A stretch of 64,000 nucleotides of DNA from Amoebidium appalachense. Lineage: Eukaryota; Protista; Ichthyosporea. The notes beneath the pieces are model-generated. The model searched no databases. It saw only the letters and a list, made by a program, of their open reading frames with translations, and had not been told where the DNA came from. Positions within the stretch are counted from its first letter, which is position 1, and each line of letters opens with the position of its first letter. Shown here one piece after another: positions 38,161 to 50,142 of the stretch. The position numbers and the translations under genes are program-made. The stretch spans positions 9,812,907-9,876,906 of the forward strand of contig CAVNZM010000001.1 in NCBI GenBank assembly GCA_963693365.1, given 5' to 3'.

Positions 38161-41104
38161 CACAGAACAGCTTCTAGCACGAGACATTTACCACAAAGTT
38201 TATGGGGGATGGTAAATGTGCCCCTGAAGTACGAGGGTCACACGAAAAAAACACAACGTTGTAGCTCGTATAGAACCCCCCTTTAAGCATAGTATATGTA
38301 CATATGTTACCTAGACATTATTGGTTTTTTCAATAACTACCCACAGAACAGCTTCTGGCACGAGACCTTTACCACAACGTTTATGGGGGGGATGGTAAAT
38401 GTACCCCTGGAGTACGAGGGTCACACGAAAAAAACACAACGTTGTAGCTCGTATAGCACCCCCCTTGTAGCATAGTATATGTACATATGTTACCTAGACA
38501 TTATTGGTTTTTCAATAACTACCCACAGAACAGCCTCTAGCACGAGAGATTTACCACAAAGTTTATGGGGGGGATGGTGAATGTGCCCCTGGAGTACGAA
38601 GGTCACACGAAAAAAACACAACATTGTAGCTCGAATAGAACCCCCCTTGTAGCATAGTATATGTACATGTGTTACCTAGACATTATTGGTTTTTTCAATA
38701 ACTACCCACAGAACAGCTTCTAGCACGAGACCTTTACCACAAAGTTTATGGGGGGGATGGTGAATGTGCCCCTGGAGTACGAGGGTCACACGAAAAAAAA
38801 ACACAACGTTGTAGCTCGTATAGCACCCCCCTTCTAGCATAGTATATGTACATATGTTACCTAGACATTATTGGTTTTTCAATAACTACCCACAGAACAG
38901 CCTCTAGCACGAGAGATTTACCACAGAGTTTATGGGGGGGATGGTGAATGTGCCCCTGGAGTACGAGGGTCACACAAAAAAAACACAACATTGTAGCTCG
39001 AATAGAACCCCCCTTGTAGCATGGTATATGTACATGTGTTACCTAGACATTATTGGTTTTTTCAATAACTACCCACAGAACAGCTTCTAGCACGAGACCT
39101 TTACCACAAAGTTTATGGGGGGGATGGTGAATGGGCCCCTGGAGTACGAGGGTCACACGAAAAAAACACAACGTTGTAGCTCGTATAGAACCCCCCTTGT
39201 AGCATAGTATAAGTACATGTGTTACCTAGACATTATTCGTTTTTTCAATAACTACCCACAGAACAGCTTCTAGCACGAGAGCTTTACCGCAAAGTTTATA
39301 GGGGGGATGGTGAATGTGCCCCTCGAGTACGAGGGTCACACGAAAAAAACACAACGTTGTAGCTCGTATAGAACCCCCCTTGTAGCATAGTATATGTACA
39401 TAGTATGTTACCTAGACATTATTGGTTTTTTCAATAACTACCCACAGAACAGCTTCTAGCACGAGAACTTTACCACAACGTTTATGGGGGGGATGGAGAA
39501 TGTGCCCCTGGAGTACGAGGGTCACACGAAAAAAACACAATGTTGTAGCTCGAATAGACCCCCCTTGTAGCATAGTATATGTCCATGTGTTACCTAGACA
39601 TCATTGGGTTTTTCAATAACTACCCACAGAACAGCTTCTAGCACGAGACATTTACCACAAAGTTTATGGGGGGGATGGTGAATGTGCCCCTGGAGTACAA
39701 GGGTCACACGAAAAAAACACAACGTTGTAGCTCGTATAGAACCCCCCTTGTAGCATAGTATATGTACATATGTTACCTAGACATTATTGGTTTTTCAATA
39801 ACTACCCACAGAACAGCCTCTAGCACGAGAGATTTACCACAAAGTTTATGGGGGGGATGGTGAATGTGCCCCTGGAGTACGAGGGTCACACAAAAAAAAC
39901 ACAACATTGTAGCTCGAATAGAACCCCCCTTGTAGCATAGCATATGTACATGTGCTACCTAGACATTATTCGTTTTTTCAATAACTACCCACAGAACAGC
40001 TTCTAGCACGAGAACTTTACCACAAAGTTTATGGGGGGGATGGTGAATGTGCCCCTGGAGTACGAGGGTCACACGAAAAAACACAACATTGTAGCTCGAA
40101 TAGAACCCCCCTTGCAATTGTAGCATAGTATATGTACATGTGTTACCTAGACATTATTGGTTTTTTCAATAACTACCCACAGAACAGCTTCTAGCACGAG
40201 AACTTTACCACAACGTTTATGGGGGATATGGTGAATCTGCCCCTGGAGTACGAGGGTCACACGAAAAAAACACAACGTTGTAGCTCGTATAGAACCCCCT
40301 TTGTAGCATAGTATATGTACATAGTATGTTACCTAGACATTATTGGTTTTTTCAATAACTACCCACAGAACAGCTTCTAGCACGAGAAATTTACCAGAAA
40401 GTTTATGGGGGGGATGGAGAATGTGCCCCTGGAGTACGAGGGTCACACGAAAAAAACACAATGTTGTAGCTCGAATAGACCCCCCTTGTAGTATACATAG
40501 TATATGTCCATGTGTTACCTAGACATCATTGGTTTTTTCAATAACTACCCACAGAACGGCTTCTAGCACGAGACATTTACCACAAAGTTTATGGGGGGGA
40601 TGGTGAATGGGCCCCTGGAGTACAAGGGTCACACGAAAAAAACACAACGTTGTAGCTCGTATAGAACCCCCCTTGTAGCATAGTATATGTACATATGTTA
40701 CCTAGACATTATTGGTTTTTCAATAACTACCCACAGAACAGCCTCTAGCACGAGAGATTTACCACAAAGTTTTTGGGGGGGATGGTGAATGTGCCCCTGG
40801 AGTACGAGGGTCACACAAAAAAAACACAACATTGTAGCTCGAATAGAACCCCCCTTGTAGCATAGCATATGTACACGTGTTACCTAGACATTATTCGTTT
40901 TTTCAATAACTACCCACAGAACAGCTTCTAGCACGAGAACTTTACCACAACGTTTATGGGGGGGATGGTGAATGTGCCCCTGGAGTACGAGGGTCACACG
41001 AAAAAAACACAACGTTGTAGCTCGTATAGAACCCCCTTTGTAGCATAGTATATGTACATAGTATGTTACCTAGACATTATTGGTTTTTTCAATAACTACC
41101 CACA
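38161..41104. repeat. Satellite of ~183-bp monomers (about 180-188 bp), 16 copies, inside the CMC-like element
   Basis: CCCACAGAAC recurs at 38340, 38522, 38705, 38889, 39072, 39255, 39441, 39623, 39805, 39988, 40176, 40362, 40548, 40730 and 40913; the first unit starts at 38161. Confidence 0.97.
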
Positions 41105-41217
41105 TGCGGCATGTGTTACTTTCACGTTATTGGTTTCCTAGCACGGGATATTCAGCACACAGTTGGGGATGTGGGGGCAGTGTACACCTCAATATTGGTA
41201 AGGTGGTGGTGGGTGGG

Positions 41218-41255
<38 letters not shown>

Positions 41256-41729
41256 CCACACAACCGAAACTGTCGGTGTTACAAGTGGTTCGGTCTTAGG
41301 AAGTTAGAACGGTGATTTTTTTTATTAATAGCGGGAAACAATATTATCCCCATTGCATATGGGGGGAACGAGGAGGGGGGGGGGGGGGGGGGGGGGGAGG
41401 GGGTTTCACAACGAATTCTTTCGACTGTGCATAATTAATGTATATTGCACATGTAGCCTGAAAGATTAAAGTGAATGTGTGTATGTATATGGGCGAGTAT
41501 ATTTGTGTATGCAATACATGTACAATGTTTTCGTCTTTGTAGGTGGGTGGGTGGGGTGGGTGGGGGGGGGGGGGGGGGGGGGGGTGCGGGGGGGGGAAGA
41601 GGGAGGGGGGAGGGGGCATCATGATCAGGGATAACAGGGTGTGTGCGTGTGTGCGCTTGTGTGTGCATGTGCTGTGTGTGTTGTGTAGGTGTGCGCCTGT
41701 GTGTGTGTGCGTGCCTGTGTGTGCGCGCC

Positions 41730-41761
<32 letters not shown>

Positions 41762-41791
41762 GTGCATGTGTGAGTGTGTGTGCGTGCGCGC

Positions 41792-41822
<31 letters not shown>

Positions 41823-42799
41823 TGTGTGTGTGATTTCAAAGAAGTCGAAAGCGCCAGTGACACCCATGTTGGAAAAAAGACAAGCAAGCACGCTAAGAAG
41901 GACAGCAAGAAGTAACAGAAACCCTTTCATGCCGAAAAAATGGTCAAGAACAAAGAAGTGGAGGACACGTAACTATAGTCTGATAGTTGTGACTAAGGCA
42001 CGGCCATCTAGAAACACCAGATGGCCGTGGACTAAGGGCACTAAGGGTAGCGCTAAGGGCACCAAGCCGGATGCACGCGCGCGCGCGAGCCGAAATCTAT
42101 TTTTATCTTTTTCCTAATCAGGCGCGGCGAATAGTGATTGGCTAAATCCCAATCCGGTTTGCAATTTTTTCTCCATTTAAGCCTGTACGCACGTTGTTTG
42201 CTCCATTTCTCTTCCCCCTTCCCGCAGGTCCGCAGGTCCTTTCCCGCAGGTCGCCTGGTCACAGATCCCCTACGCAGATCCCGTGCTGATTGTTTTGGAC
42301 CATGCTGCCCTTTGAAGGTTAGTTTTGTGTTGCCTGCTTTTGTGCATATGGCGTTTGTCTGTCTGGTCTGTGTCCGTCCTGTATTATGTCTGTGTCTGTG
42401 TCTGTGTGTGTGTGTGTGTGTGTATGTGTGTGTGTGTGCGTGCGTGTGCGTGTGTCTGCTGGCTGCAGATGCACGTTGCCTTTCACGTTCATGAACCAGC
42501 GACTGTGGGCACTACTTTTGCTGTTAGCACTATAGCTATCATCCCCTCCACCGATTGTTCAAGCTATTTTCTGCTTCTCTAGACTTCATAAGTTCTGGTC
42601 CGGGTTTCCGTCCTTACTATGTTTGAGGTTGGTTCTGTCGACTCTTTTTTTGCCACTCTCAGTCAGCCCCCTCAGTCCCCCCCTCCCCCCCACTTCTCGC
42701 AAGTAGGATGAGCTAATTCTTAGCTCGAGTTCCTTTACAGGTTTTGGCAAGGTTGGCCCATGAAGTCATCAGCAGCTATAAGGCTACGTTATCATCTAG

Positions 42800-43375
42800 A
42801 GGTGGGTACCGGCTCTTTGTCCTATGGCTGCTGTTGTTTCCGTTTTTCGTTTCATAGGTGGGTACCGGCTCTTAAAGTTTGTCCTGTTAAGGTAAATAAA
42901 GTATGGAGGCAAGACCCTGTGGGTCTGGGGCTCTTTGTCCTATGGCTGCTGTTGTTTCCGTGTTTCGTTTCTGTGTTGCTCTTATAGCACATGAATGATC
43001 ATGTGCATGTTTAGCACCCATAGGTGGGTACCGGCTCTTTGTCCTGTTAAAGTAAATAAAGTATGGAGGCAAGACCCTGTGGGTCTGGGGCTCTTTGTCC
43101 TATGGCTGCTGTTGTTTCCGTGTTTCGTTTCTGTGTTGCTCTTATAGCACATGAATGATCATGTGCATGTTTAGCACCCATAGGTGGGTACCGGCTCTTT
43201 GTCCTGTTAAAGTAAATAAAGTATGGAGGCAAGACCCTGTGGGTCTGGCACCTCGTCGTCGTCATCGATCGTCAAAGGTTCATGTGGGGTGGGTGGTGGT
43301 CCCCTGGGCCAGGAAAAGACCCTGTGGGTCTGGCACCTCATCGTCGTCATCGATAGTCAAAGGTTCATGTGGGGG
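42800..43375. repeat. ~160-bp tandem repeat (~2.5 copies) followed by an ~85-bp duplication
   Basis: TAGGTGGGTACCGGCTCT near 42855, 43021 and 43181; AAGACCCTGTGGGTCTGGCACCTC near 43231 and 43316. Confidence 0.9.
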
Positions 43376-44311
43376 GGGGGGGGGGGGGGGCTCGTCGGAG
43401 GAGGGAGGTGGGGGTTTAAGATATCATCACGACAACCTCCAGCCATCCAACAGATGACTTTAAGGATGACGACGGTCTTTTTAGTGTGACTTTTAGAACA
43501 TCCTGAAAGATGGCTTTAAAATTGCATCAAGAAATCTTCCGGTGCTCTTACCAGAACTATGAATATATAATTATTCTATCTATGGGAGCGACCTTATATA
43601 ACGTTAGGCCGTCTAAAGTGTATATTAATTGTGTCTTTTCCTCAATTAATGATAAATCTATATTATGACGTAAATACGTCTAACGCATATCTTGTTTGTG
43701 TCACTATGTACCAATAAAAATATCCCTAGCCTATCGGTGAGTTGCTTTTAGTACGTCCTAAAGTCGACTATTCGTGTTAGACTGAAATAAAATATTACAT
43801 AACTACATCGTAAGGATACATTTAGGTTAACCACAACACATCTCTAATATATCTCTGCAAATTCTTCAAGAGGTGTTAAGTATGCCATATATGTTCGTCT
43901 GAACTACATAAAGTAGTATTAAAGATGGATATTGGTGATCGCAAAGCGCTCTTGTAGACGGTTGATTGATAGCTTACAGATATGCTGGGGATATCTTTTT
44001 TAGTAAATGTTCATAAATATTGTCTTTTTAAAGATTCGTTTAAGACATAACAAAGACGGCTCTAAGATATGCTTGGGGGAGGAAACAGATGGAACACGGG
44101 ATAGGGTTTCGCCGGGTTACAGATATGCTAAGGACGTACTTACAGAGATGTCTTTAATATCGCCTGCTAAAGCCGGATGGGTTAGGGATAGCTTGGAGTC
44201 ATCTCTAACTAATAACGGTTACAAAGGGTATGGTTCAGGATGGGTTCCGGGTTTAGGATGTCCCAGACGGGTTTGAGACGGGAAAAAGATGCCGGGAGAT
44301 GTTTGCTGATG

Positions 44312-46490
44312 ATCACCTGTAGGCTTACACGTTTGTCTGCACGTAGTGTGAACAGATGATATGCGATCTCAAGGCCGTCCAATCGTTTCAGCCGGCGGGG
44401 TTCGGTGGGGGGAGACATCTCTGCGTATGTATTAAAGTGTTCTTCCTGTAGGCCTGGGACACTGCACCGCAAACCATCGTAAATAGCATGGGGCGGAATG
44501 ATTACGTTTTCAACACAGCAGACAGAATACTTGTATGTGGGTGGGGGCGGGGCGGGAGACGGAGGGGGCGGGGGCGGGGGCGGGGGGGGAGAGGCAGGAT
44601 CGAAGACAGGAGGGTGGGTGGTGGGGTGGGTGGTGTGTGTGTGCGCTGTGTGTGTGTGGTTCAAGTTGGTGTGCGTTTGTGTGGTGGTGGGCGGTACAGC
44701 AGAAGCAACAACAGGTGGTGGTGCATTTTGCTTAAGTATAGCTTGCACATGTGGGAGAGATTGCAAGTCGGGAAATGGTGGTGGTGGTTCAGGGTCAGAC
44801 AGCGTTAGTGGCATACCACTGTTTGCAACAGGTATCCAGGCGCTTCGTGAGTCTTTATCTCTAGCATATGTAAACCCAGTTACATAGCCAACAACAGTGT
44901 CTCGTACATGCGCCTCAGCTTGCGTACTACTACCAAGCTCCATTACATCTTGCAACACAACATTTTCGCTCCGTGTGGTATGCACAGGAGGGGGTGGCAC
45001 ATCAGCCAGATATGGTACATTAGTAATCAAAGTGTCTCGGCGTCCAGTAAGCAGTGTCGGTGTAGGCAGTTGGGTGCGGGTGGCAGTAGGCGGAATCGGT
45101 GCAGGCAAATGGTTGCAGTAGCCAGTTGGAGGAATCGGTGCAGGCAGGGGTTCTCGGTTTTCTTGTGCAGGCAGACACGGTTGGGGGGCGGGGGCCGGTG
45201 GGCACTCAGAAGTAGTTGGCGCGGCGGGGTGGGGCAGGGGCTGGCGGGAAAGTGAAGCAATCGTGTAAGTAGTCTGCTGGCATGTTTCTGTGCGTGTGGT
45301 AACACATGCTGGGGGAACAAAGTTGGGGGCAGGCACACGATCGACTTGGCATGCTATTTCTGACCAGCCTAGAGATGCATTCCCGATCATGAGTGTACGA
45401 AAGTCAAGCAGAGCAGTGTGGATGCCAGCGGCTAACAGAGTGCCCCAATAGTCAGTGCCAATAATGAGGGGGAGGGGGCTTTCTCGAGCAATGTAAATGC
45501 GCATTTTGCGTGTGATATGGCCAACAGTGAGTGTTGTGTGCACATAGCCCAAGAAATCCACAGACGTGCTGTTGACAGCTTGTGCGCGCTCATTAGGGCA
45601 AGGGTACAGGGGGAGTTTGCGTTTGTGCGTTTGTTCATGTGCATTGCTCAGTGCTTCGTACACAGACTGGTCAGCGAGTGTGATGTACGAACCGCTATCT
45701 GCACATGCAGTGTAGGGCAAACTATGTACTTTCACAGGCAGATGAAGGGCTTGCACAACTTCGTGTGAGGGGGGGCGTTCGCGTGTGGTGGCAACAACAC
45801 GACGGAAACCAAGGGGGTAGTGTGGCTTGGGGGTGGGGTCGGTGGTGGGAGGGGGCAGGACAGTGGGAGGGGCAGAAGCATTGCGTGGGGCAGGAGCAGA
45901 GTGGGGACGTTTTCGGGGTGGGGTGGTTGGGCGTGGGTGTTTAGCAATCCATCTGCCATTTCGGTATCTGTCTTCGGCATCCAGAGAGGGGGAATAGATG
46001 ACAGGGGGTGGGGGATTGGTAGCGTGCTTGTGTGTGGAGGGGTGGTTGGTATCCATAGTCCCAGTAAGTGCACCACGAAAGCTCAAGCCTATACGCAGTG
46101 TGTGTACAGCATCAATGCGCCGGTCATTTAAGTTTGGGTCTGTGGGGAGGGGGTGGGGAAACTCACGGTAGGCGCGTCCAGCGGCACGGGGGGCATCACC
46201 ACGGCCATCGCGAGGGTTTCCACGACCGTCACGTGAGCGGATCATGTCAATCGCGCGCAGGCAGTCGGCAACGGCAGCGTCCGGGCCACGCATGAATGTG
46301 TCCAGGTGGACGTGAACATAATCATTTTTCATCTTGCGATCCTCCGTCTCAGCCATCTCCCTCATGAAGGGGCAGCCATAGAAGGAGAGGGAGTGGGGGC
46401 GGTTGGCAATGGTGCCGTCGTTGTTGAGCCAGCGGCCAGTACAGTCTCGAGCGCCAAACGGGCAGTTGGAGCCGTCACGCGGAGGGGGGG
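44312..46490 (-). CDS. Gypsy gag C-terminus, aspartic protease and pre-RT region
   Basis: Protease ACADSGSYITL...LIIGTDY. Upstream in the same frame is a Cys/His cluster, CPFGARDC...H...C. Truncated at 44312 by the TIR element. Confidence 0.88.
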
Positions 46491-47987
46491 TAGGCGGGGG
46501 CGTTGGGGCTCAGCCGCAAAATAATCACGGCGGCCGTTGTCGTCGTTGCGTTGGGGCTCTTCAGCGAAATGCACACGGCGGTCGTTGGGTCGCATGGGGC
46601 CACCAGCAGGGGGGCGCATATCGCTGGGCTCGGGGGCAGGGGCGGAGGCGGGGGCGCGCTGAACCGGAGCAATGGTGCGGCCACCCTGCCCAGCCGGGGC
46701 GTACATGGGGGCGGCCTGGCACACATCTGTGCAGCGGTTGAGGAACGCAATCTTGTCGCGGATGGTCAGCGGCACATTGGGGTGGCGTTCACGGTGCGCG
46801 ACCTCAAAATCGTTGAGCTTGCTCAGCGCAGTCGGGCAGTTGCGCCGAATCTCACCCAGCAGGTAGCCGTAGGCCTCGTGTGGGTCAACACCTTGCTTCT
46901 GCCCGTACGTGGTGTGCCAGCGCTCGATCTCCTTGTTCAGCGCACGGCCGGCCTCGAGTTGGAACTCGGTGAACGAATTCATGTCGTGGGGGCGGAGGTG
47001 CACGTTTTCGCAGCGCAGCAGTGCCTCGGCGAACGACATGTTTTGGTCTGCCATAACCTCGTTAAGCGCACGCTCGTAGATCTGGTGTTGCAGCGCCGTT
47101 AGCGTGGACACCCAGTCGTTGTCCGTCAGCAGGTGGGAGTCGGGGATTGCCCGGGCGAGCATCTTCACCCACCGCTTGAAAGCTTCGAAGTCAATGCGGT
47201 CGGCGGTTAGTACCGGCCGATAGCGAGCCACATGGTCACTCAGCGCCCGTCTGACCTCAAACTTGGCCGCATCCTCCAGCGCTATGTGTGGAAACGCGTT
47301 ACGAATGGCAGGGCGGGGAGCTCGAGCACCACCGGCGGGGGCAAGCGGGCCCATGTGCGCGGGCAGAGGCTGCTGGCCAGCAGGGGGTGCAAGGCCGGGA
47401 GGGGGAGCCATGCCGAGAGCCGGCGCAAGGTTGGGGGGCGCTTGGACATTTATAGGCGCCTGCGTGGGGGGGGGCATGTGGTGTAAGGCTCTGGCTTGTA
47501 TACGGTTATCTATAGTGGCAAAATATGTGGTGGCATCTATCCAGTGGGGTTCAGGTATGTGTTCTACAGAAAGGGCACGTCTCCAAGTATTTTGCTGAGT
47601 CAGCCTAGTGGTGCGTCTAGTTACAGTGTTCAGTCTCCATGCATTATCTACCTGGTCAAAAGCAGGGTCCCATACAGCATCATCATCTTGGTTGGGGGAG
47701 CCAGGGTAAATGGGGGTGCCAGGGTCCTGTACCTGGCCACCGTGGTTGCGGGCTTGCTCTTGGGCGCGGGCGTGCTCTTGGGCCATGCGATCAGCTTGCT
47801 CTAGGGCGATGCGTGCTCGCTCTTGCTCCGCGTTGGCAGCGTCAAGCTCAGCGCGTGCGCGCTCTTCAGCGTCGCGTTGGGCAGCCTGTATGCGTTCTTG
47901 CTCAGCTGCAGCGCGTTGAGCCTCATCTTGGTTCTGGGCGTCAGCCAGAGGGCGCAGGGCTGCTTCAAGATCGATTTGGTTGGCCAT
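46490..47987 (-). CDS. Gypsy gag
   Basis: Long ORF (MANQIDLE...) with an N-terminal coiled coil, a Pro-rich linker and a helical capsid-like region, lying between the PBS and the protease. Called mainly by position. Confidence 0.8.
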
Positions 47988-49386
47988 GGTGCAAAATCTG
48001 TGTGTGGAACAACAGTAAACCATCAGCACAAGTCTGAGTCAAAACACCAGGGAATTATTCAAAGTATAGCAAAGTATATGGTAGGTGAGGGTGGGGATGT
48101 GGTAGAGCGGTATAAGACTTGTGCGTGGGTAAGGCTTGAAAGAGGTTCGAAAGACTTAGCGTGCGGAGCGAATCGGAGTTTAAGGGGGCCGGGGATTTGG
48201 GCGGGAAAATCTGATCTAGGGGGATCGATGATGTCACCAGTGATGACGTAAGCAATAGGCAGCTGAATAGCAGGGTGATACTGTTATAATACAGCCTAGT
48301 AAATAAATAAATCAGCCAAAACGAAGGAAATTAATAGCTCAGAGTGGTGAGGAAACCAGTGTTTGCATACAGCGTGAAAAAACAATAAATTTGGGTGGTT
48401 GTATATGTAAGATCGGCTGCCGGGAGCTAAAAGTAAGTGCATCGGACTGATCTCAGATGTGGCTCGCGGCAATCGATTTTGATTGGATGAGTGACGTTAC
48501 GAATCTAAAAAAATTTGATTGGCTAAATGGATGGAAACCAATTCGGGTCGGGTCAACGTGGCGTGGGAGCGCGTGTGTGTCGGAAGAGAGAAAAACGACA
48601 GAAAATAGAGGTTTCTGAACGGTAAAATAACGATGCAAAAACGAAAATGAACTGGTGGCACTACTGCGCGTGTCGTGACACTGTGTGTTTGCGTGCGCTG
48701 GAAGTCCCATACATACACAATGCAGAAATTGGCCCGGCACAATGGGTGGTGGAGTGGTTGTGGGTGTGCAGCAAGTTTGCGGCAGTGTGGCTTTACAGTA
48801 AAGACAGCAAGACGAGTGGGCGTGTGGTTTGGAAAAATGGTACAGCAACAGCAGTATAACAGTGTGTGTGAGGTGCTTAAACAGCGAGGGTATAGTGTGT
48901 CTATAACTGGACCAGGTAATGATAGAGCAAAAAAATGGTAGCACAGGTCTCAGCGGTATAGTAACAGCGGTATAGCAGTGAGCGCGTGTTTCAGCGCATA
49001 CAGCGGGCTTGGGGTTTGCGTCTAACACAGCGAAAACAGTGGGCCTTGTGCTCTCGACCAAAACAGCAACATGAACAGCTTGGACGGCTTTGGTGTGGTA
49101 TTATATTGGGCTCCATCCAGTGAGCCAAACAAAAACGACGGCAAGAGAAAACGGCAACCAATGGGAAGGCAAAATGCTAAAAGGATGGTAACATGGGGCC
49201 AAAAAATGAAACCAAGAAAAAAAAACTAGCAAAACGGCAAGAAACAAGAAAAGGCGGGTAGAAAACGTGAGTCGGTGTAGTGCTAGTAAAGAGGAGGAGG
49301 AACCAAGTACCCTAAGACAGTAAGTGGAAGCGTGCTACCTAAAGGGCACTCAGAAGCGCAAAGGATCTTAACCTTCTCTGCTGCCA

Positions 49387-49631
49387 TGTATGAGCGTGCT
49401 ACTAGACACGCATGTAAGTGGGCAAGACAGGCAAAGGGGGACACGGACCTGTGCGTATGTGGCAGTCGCCTGTATTGCACACTTAGTAGCGCGAAGTAGA
49501 CGTCAGACAAGACAGGGAGAGAAGGCCTAGGAATGAGGACGTGTGGCGGACTATATAGGCTAGATGGGGGGTCTATCAGGATGAGGGGGGCTCTAGTGTG
49601 CGGGGTATCTCCCGTATATCTCGCTCATACA
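49387..49631 (-). repeat. Gypsy 5' LTR, followed on the - strand by a tRNA-iMet-like PBS (49386 to ~49365)
   Basis: Identical to 25861-26105. The adjacent - strand reads TGGCAGCAGAGAAGGTTAAGATCC versus the animal iMet complement TGGTAGCAGAGGATGGTTTCGATCC. Confidence 0.95.
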
Positions 49632-50142
49632 CTACAGCTGCACCAGCCTAAATGCATGGAATACCGAAGGATGATCAATGGGTGCGAATAGGGCCAATCA
49701 GATCTCGTGAACCATTTACATTATGTGACCAGTCACGCCTGACAGCGTTTGGAAGGCACCAACTGTATTTAGGCCCTAAATACGCATACCACGATATATT
49801 TTGTAAATACAGTAGATCGTATTTAGGGCCTAAATACGAATACGATTATTGGGGTGCTGCCAAACAGGCCCTTACACTCTCGCGACCGCGTGCATGCTTT
49901 CTCTCGCGGCGGCTCTACGGTCCCGAGAGTCCAGTGTTCGCTGTGTGTGTGTAAGGAAAAATACGAGTCACCTCAGTAGGTGACAGGCTGAAAGGAATCG
50001 AATTCCTGAAGAGCCGCACGCTGTTGCCGTGGAGGGGCACACAAGAGTAACGGGAGGCCATATTCGAACTGGGGTTTACGCTGTATACTCGAGGCAAAGA
50101 GAAACCAGTCTCAGGTATGGGGGGGTTTTTGCTCGGAATATC

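Larger units (their letters stand above)
30697..44311. mobile_element. 13.6-kb non-autonomous TIR DNA transposon, CMC/EnSpm(CACTA)-like, inserted in Gypsy pol
   Basis: Ends are CATCAGCAAAGATCACCC and (reverse complement) CATCAGCAAACATCTCCC, with AT duplicated on both sides. Removing the element plus one AT restores the pol frame (..SLQV-MNLTNHP..). About 0.9 kb at each end is dense in short A(A/G)GA(C/T)(G/A)TC-type subterminal motifs. No transposase ORF. The boundaries are solid; the superfamily is inferred. Confidence 0.85.
25861..49631 (-). mobile_element. Ty3/Gypsy LTR retrotransposon (~10.2 kb without the nested insert)
   Basis: Identical 245-bp LTRs; 4-bp TSD CTAC (25857-25860, 49632-49635); PBS TGGCAGCAGAG next to the right LTR; GGGGGA PPT next to the left LTR; gag-PR-RT-RH-IN order. 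Confidence 0.97.
25032..49871. mobile_element. Non-autonomous PIF/Harbinger element (~1.07 kb when empty: 25032-25860 plus 49636-49871), split by the Gypsy insertion
   Basis: TIRs GGGCCTGTTTGG(T/C)AGC at both ends; TTA TSD at 25029-25031 and 49872-49874; inverted subterminal ATCGTATTCGTATTTAGG.CCTAAATACG motifs at both ends. Confidence 0.92.

Noticed and set aside
38161-41104. CRISPR-like array or hammerhead retrozyme
   Set aside because: Whole monomers repeat with no unique spacers, there are no cas genes, and no CUGANGA/GAAA core was found on either strand.
46362-46365. ATGA stop-start overlap suggesting termination-reinitiation between Gypsy gag and pol
   Set aside because: The pol frame stays open upstream of that ATG and encodes a zinc-knuckle-like CPFGARDC...H...C. 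A frameshift in the homopolymers near 46490 (error or mutation) in a continuous gag-pol is more parsimonious.
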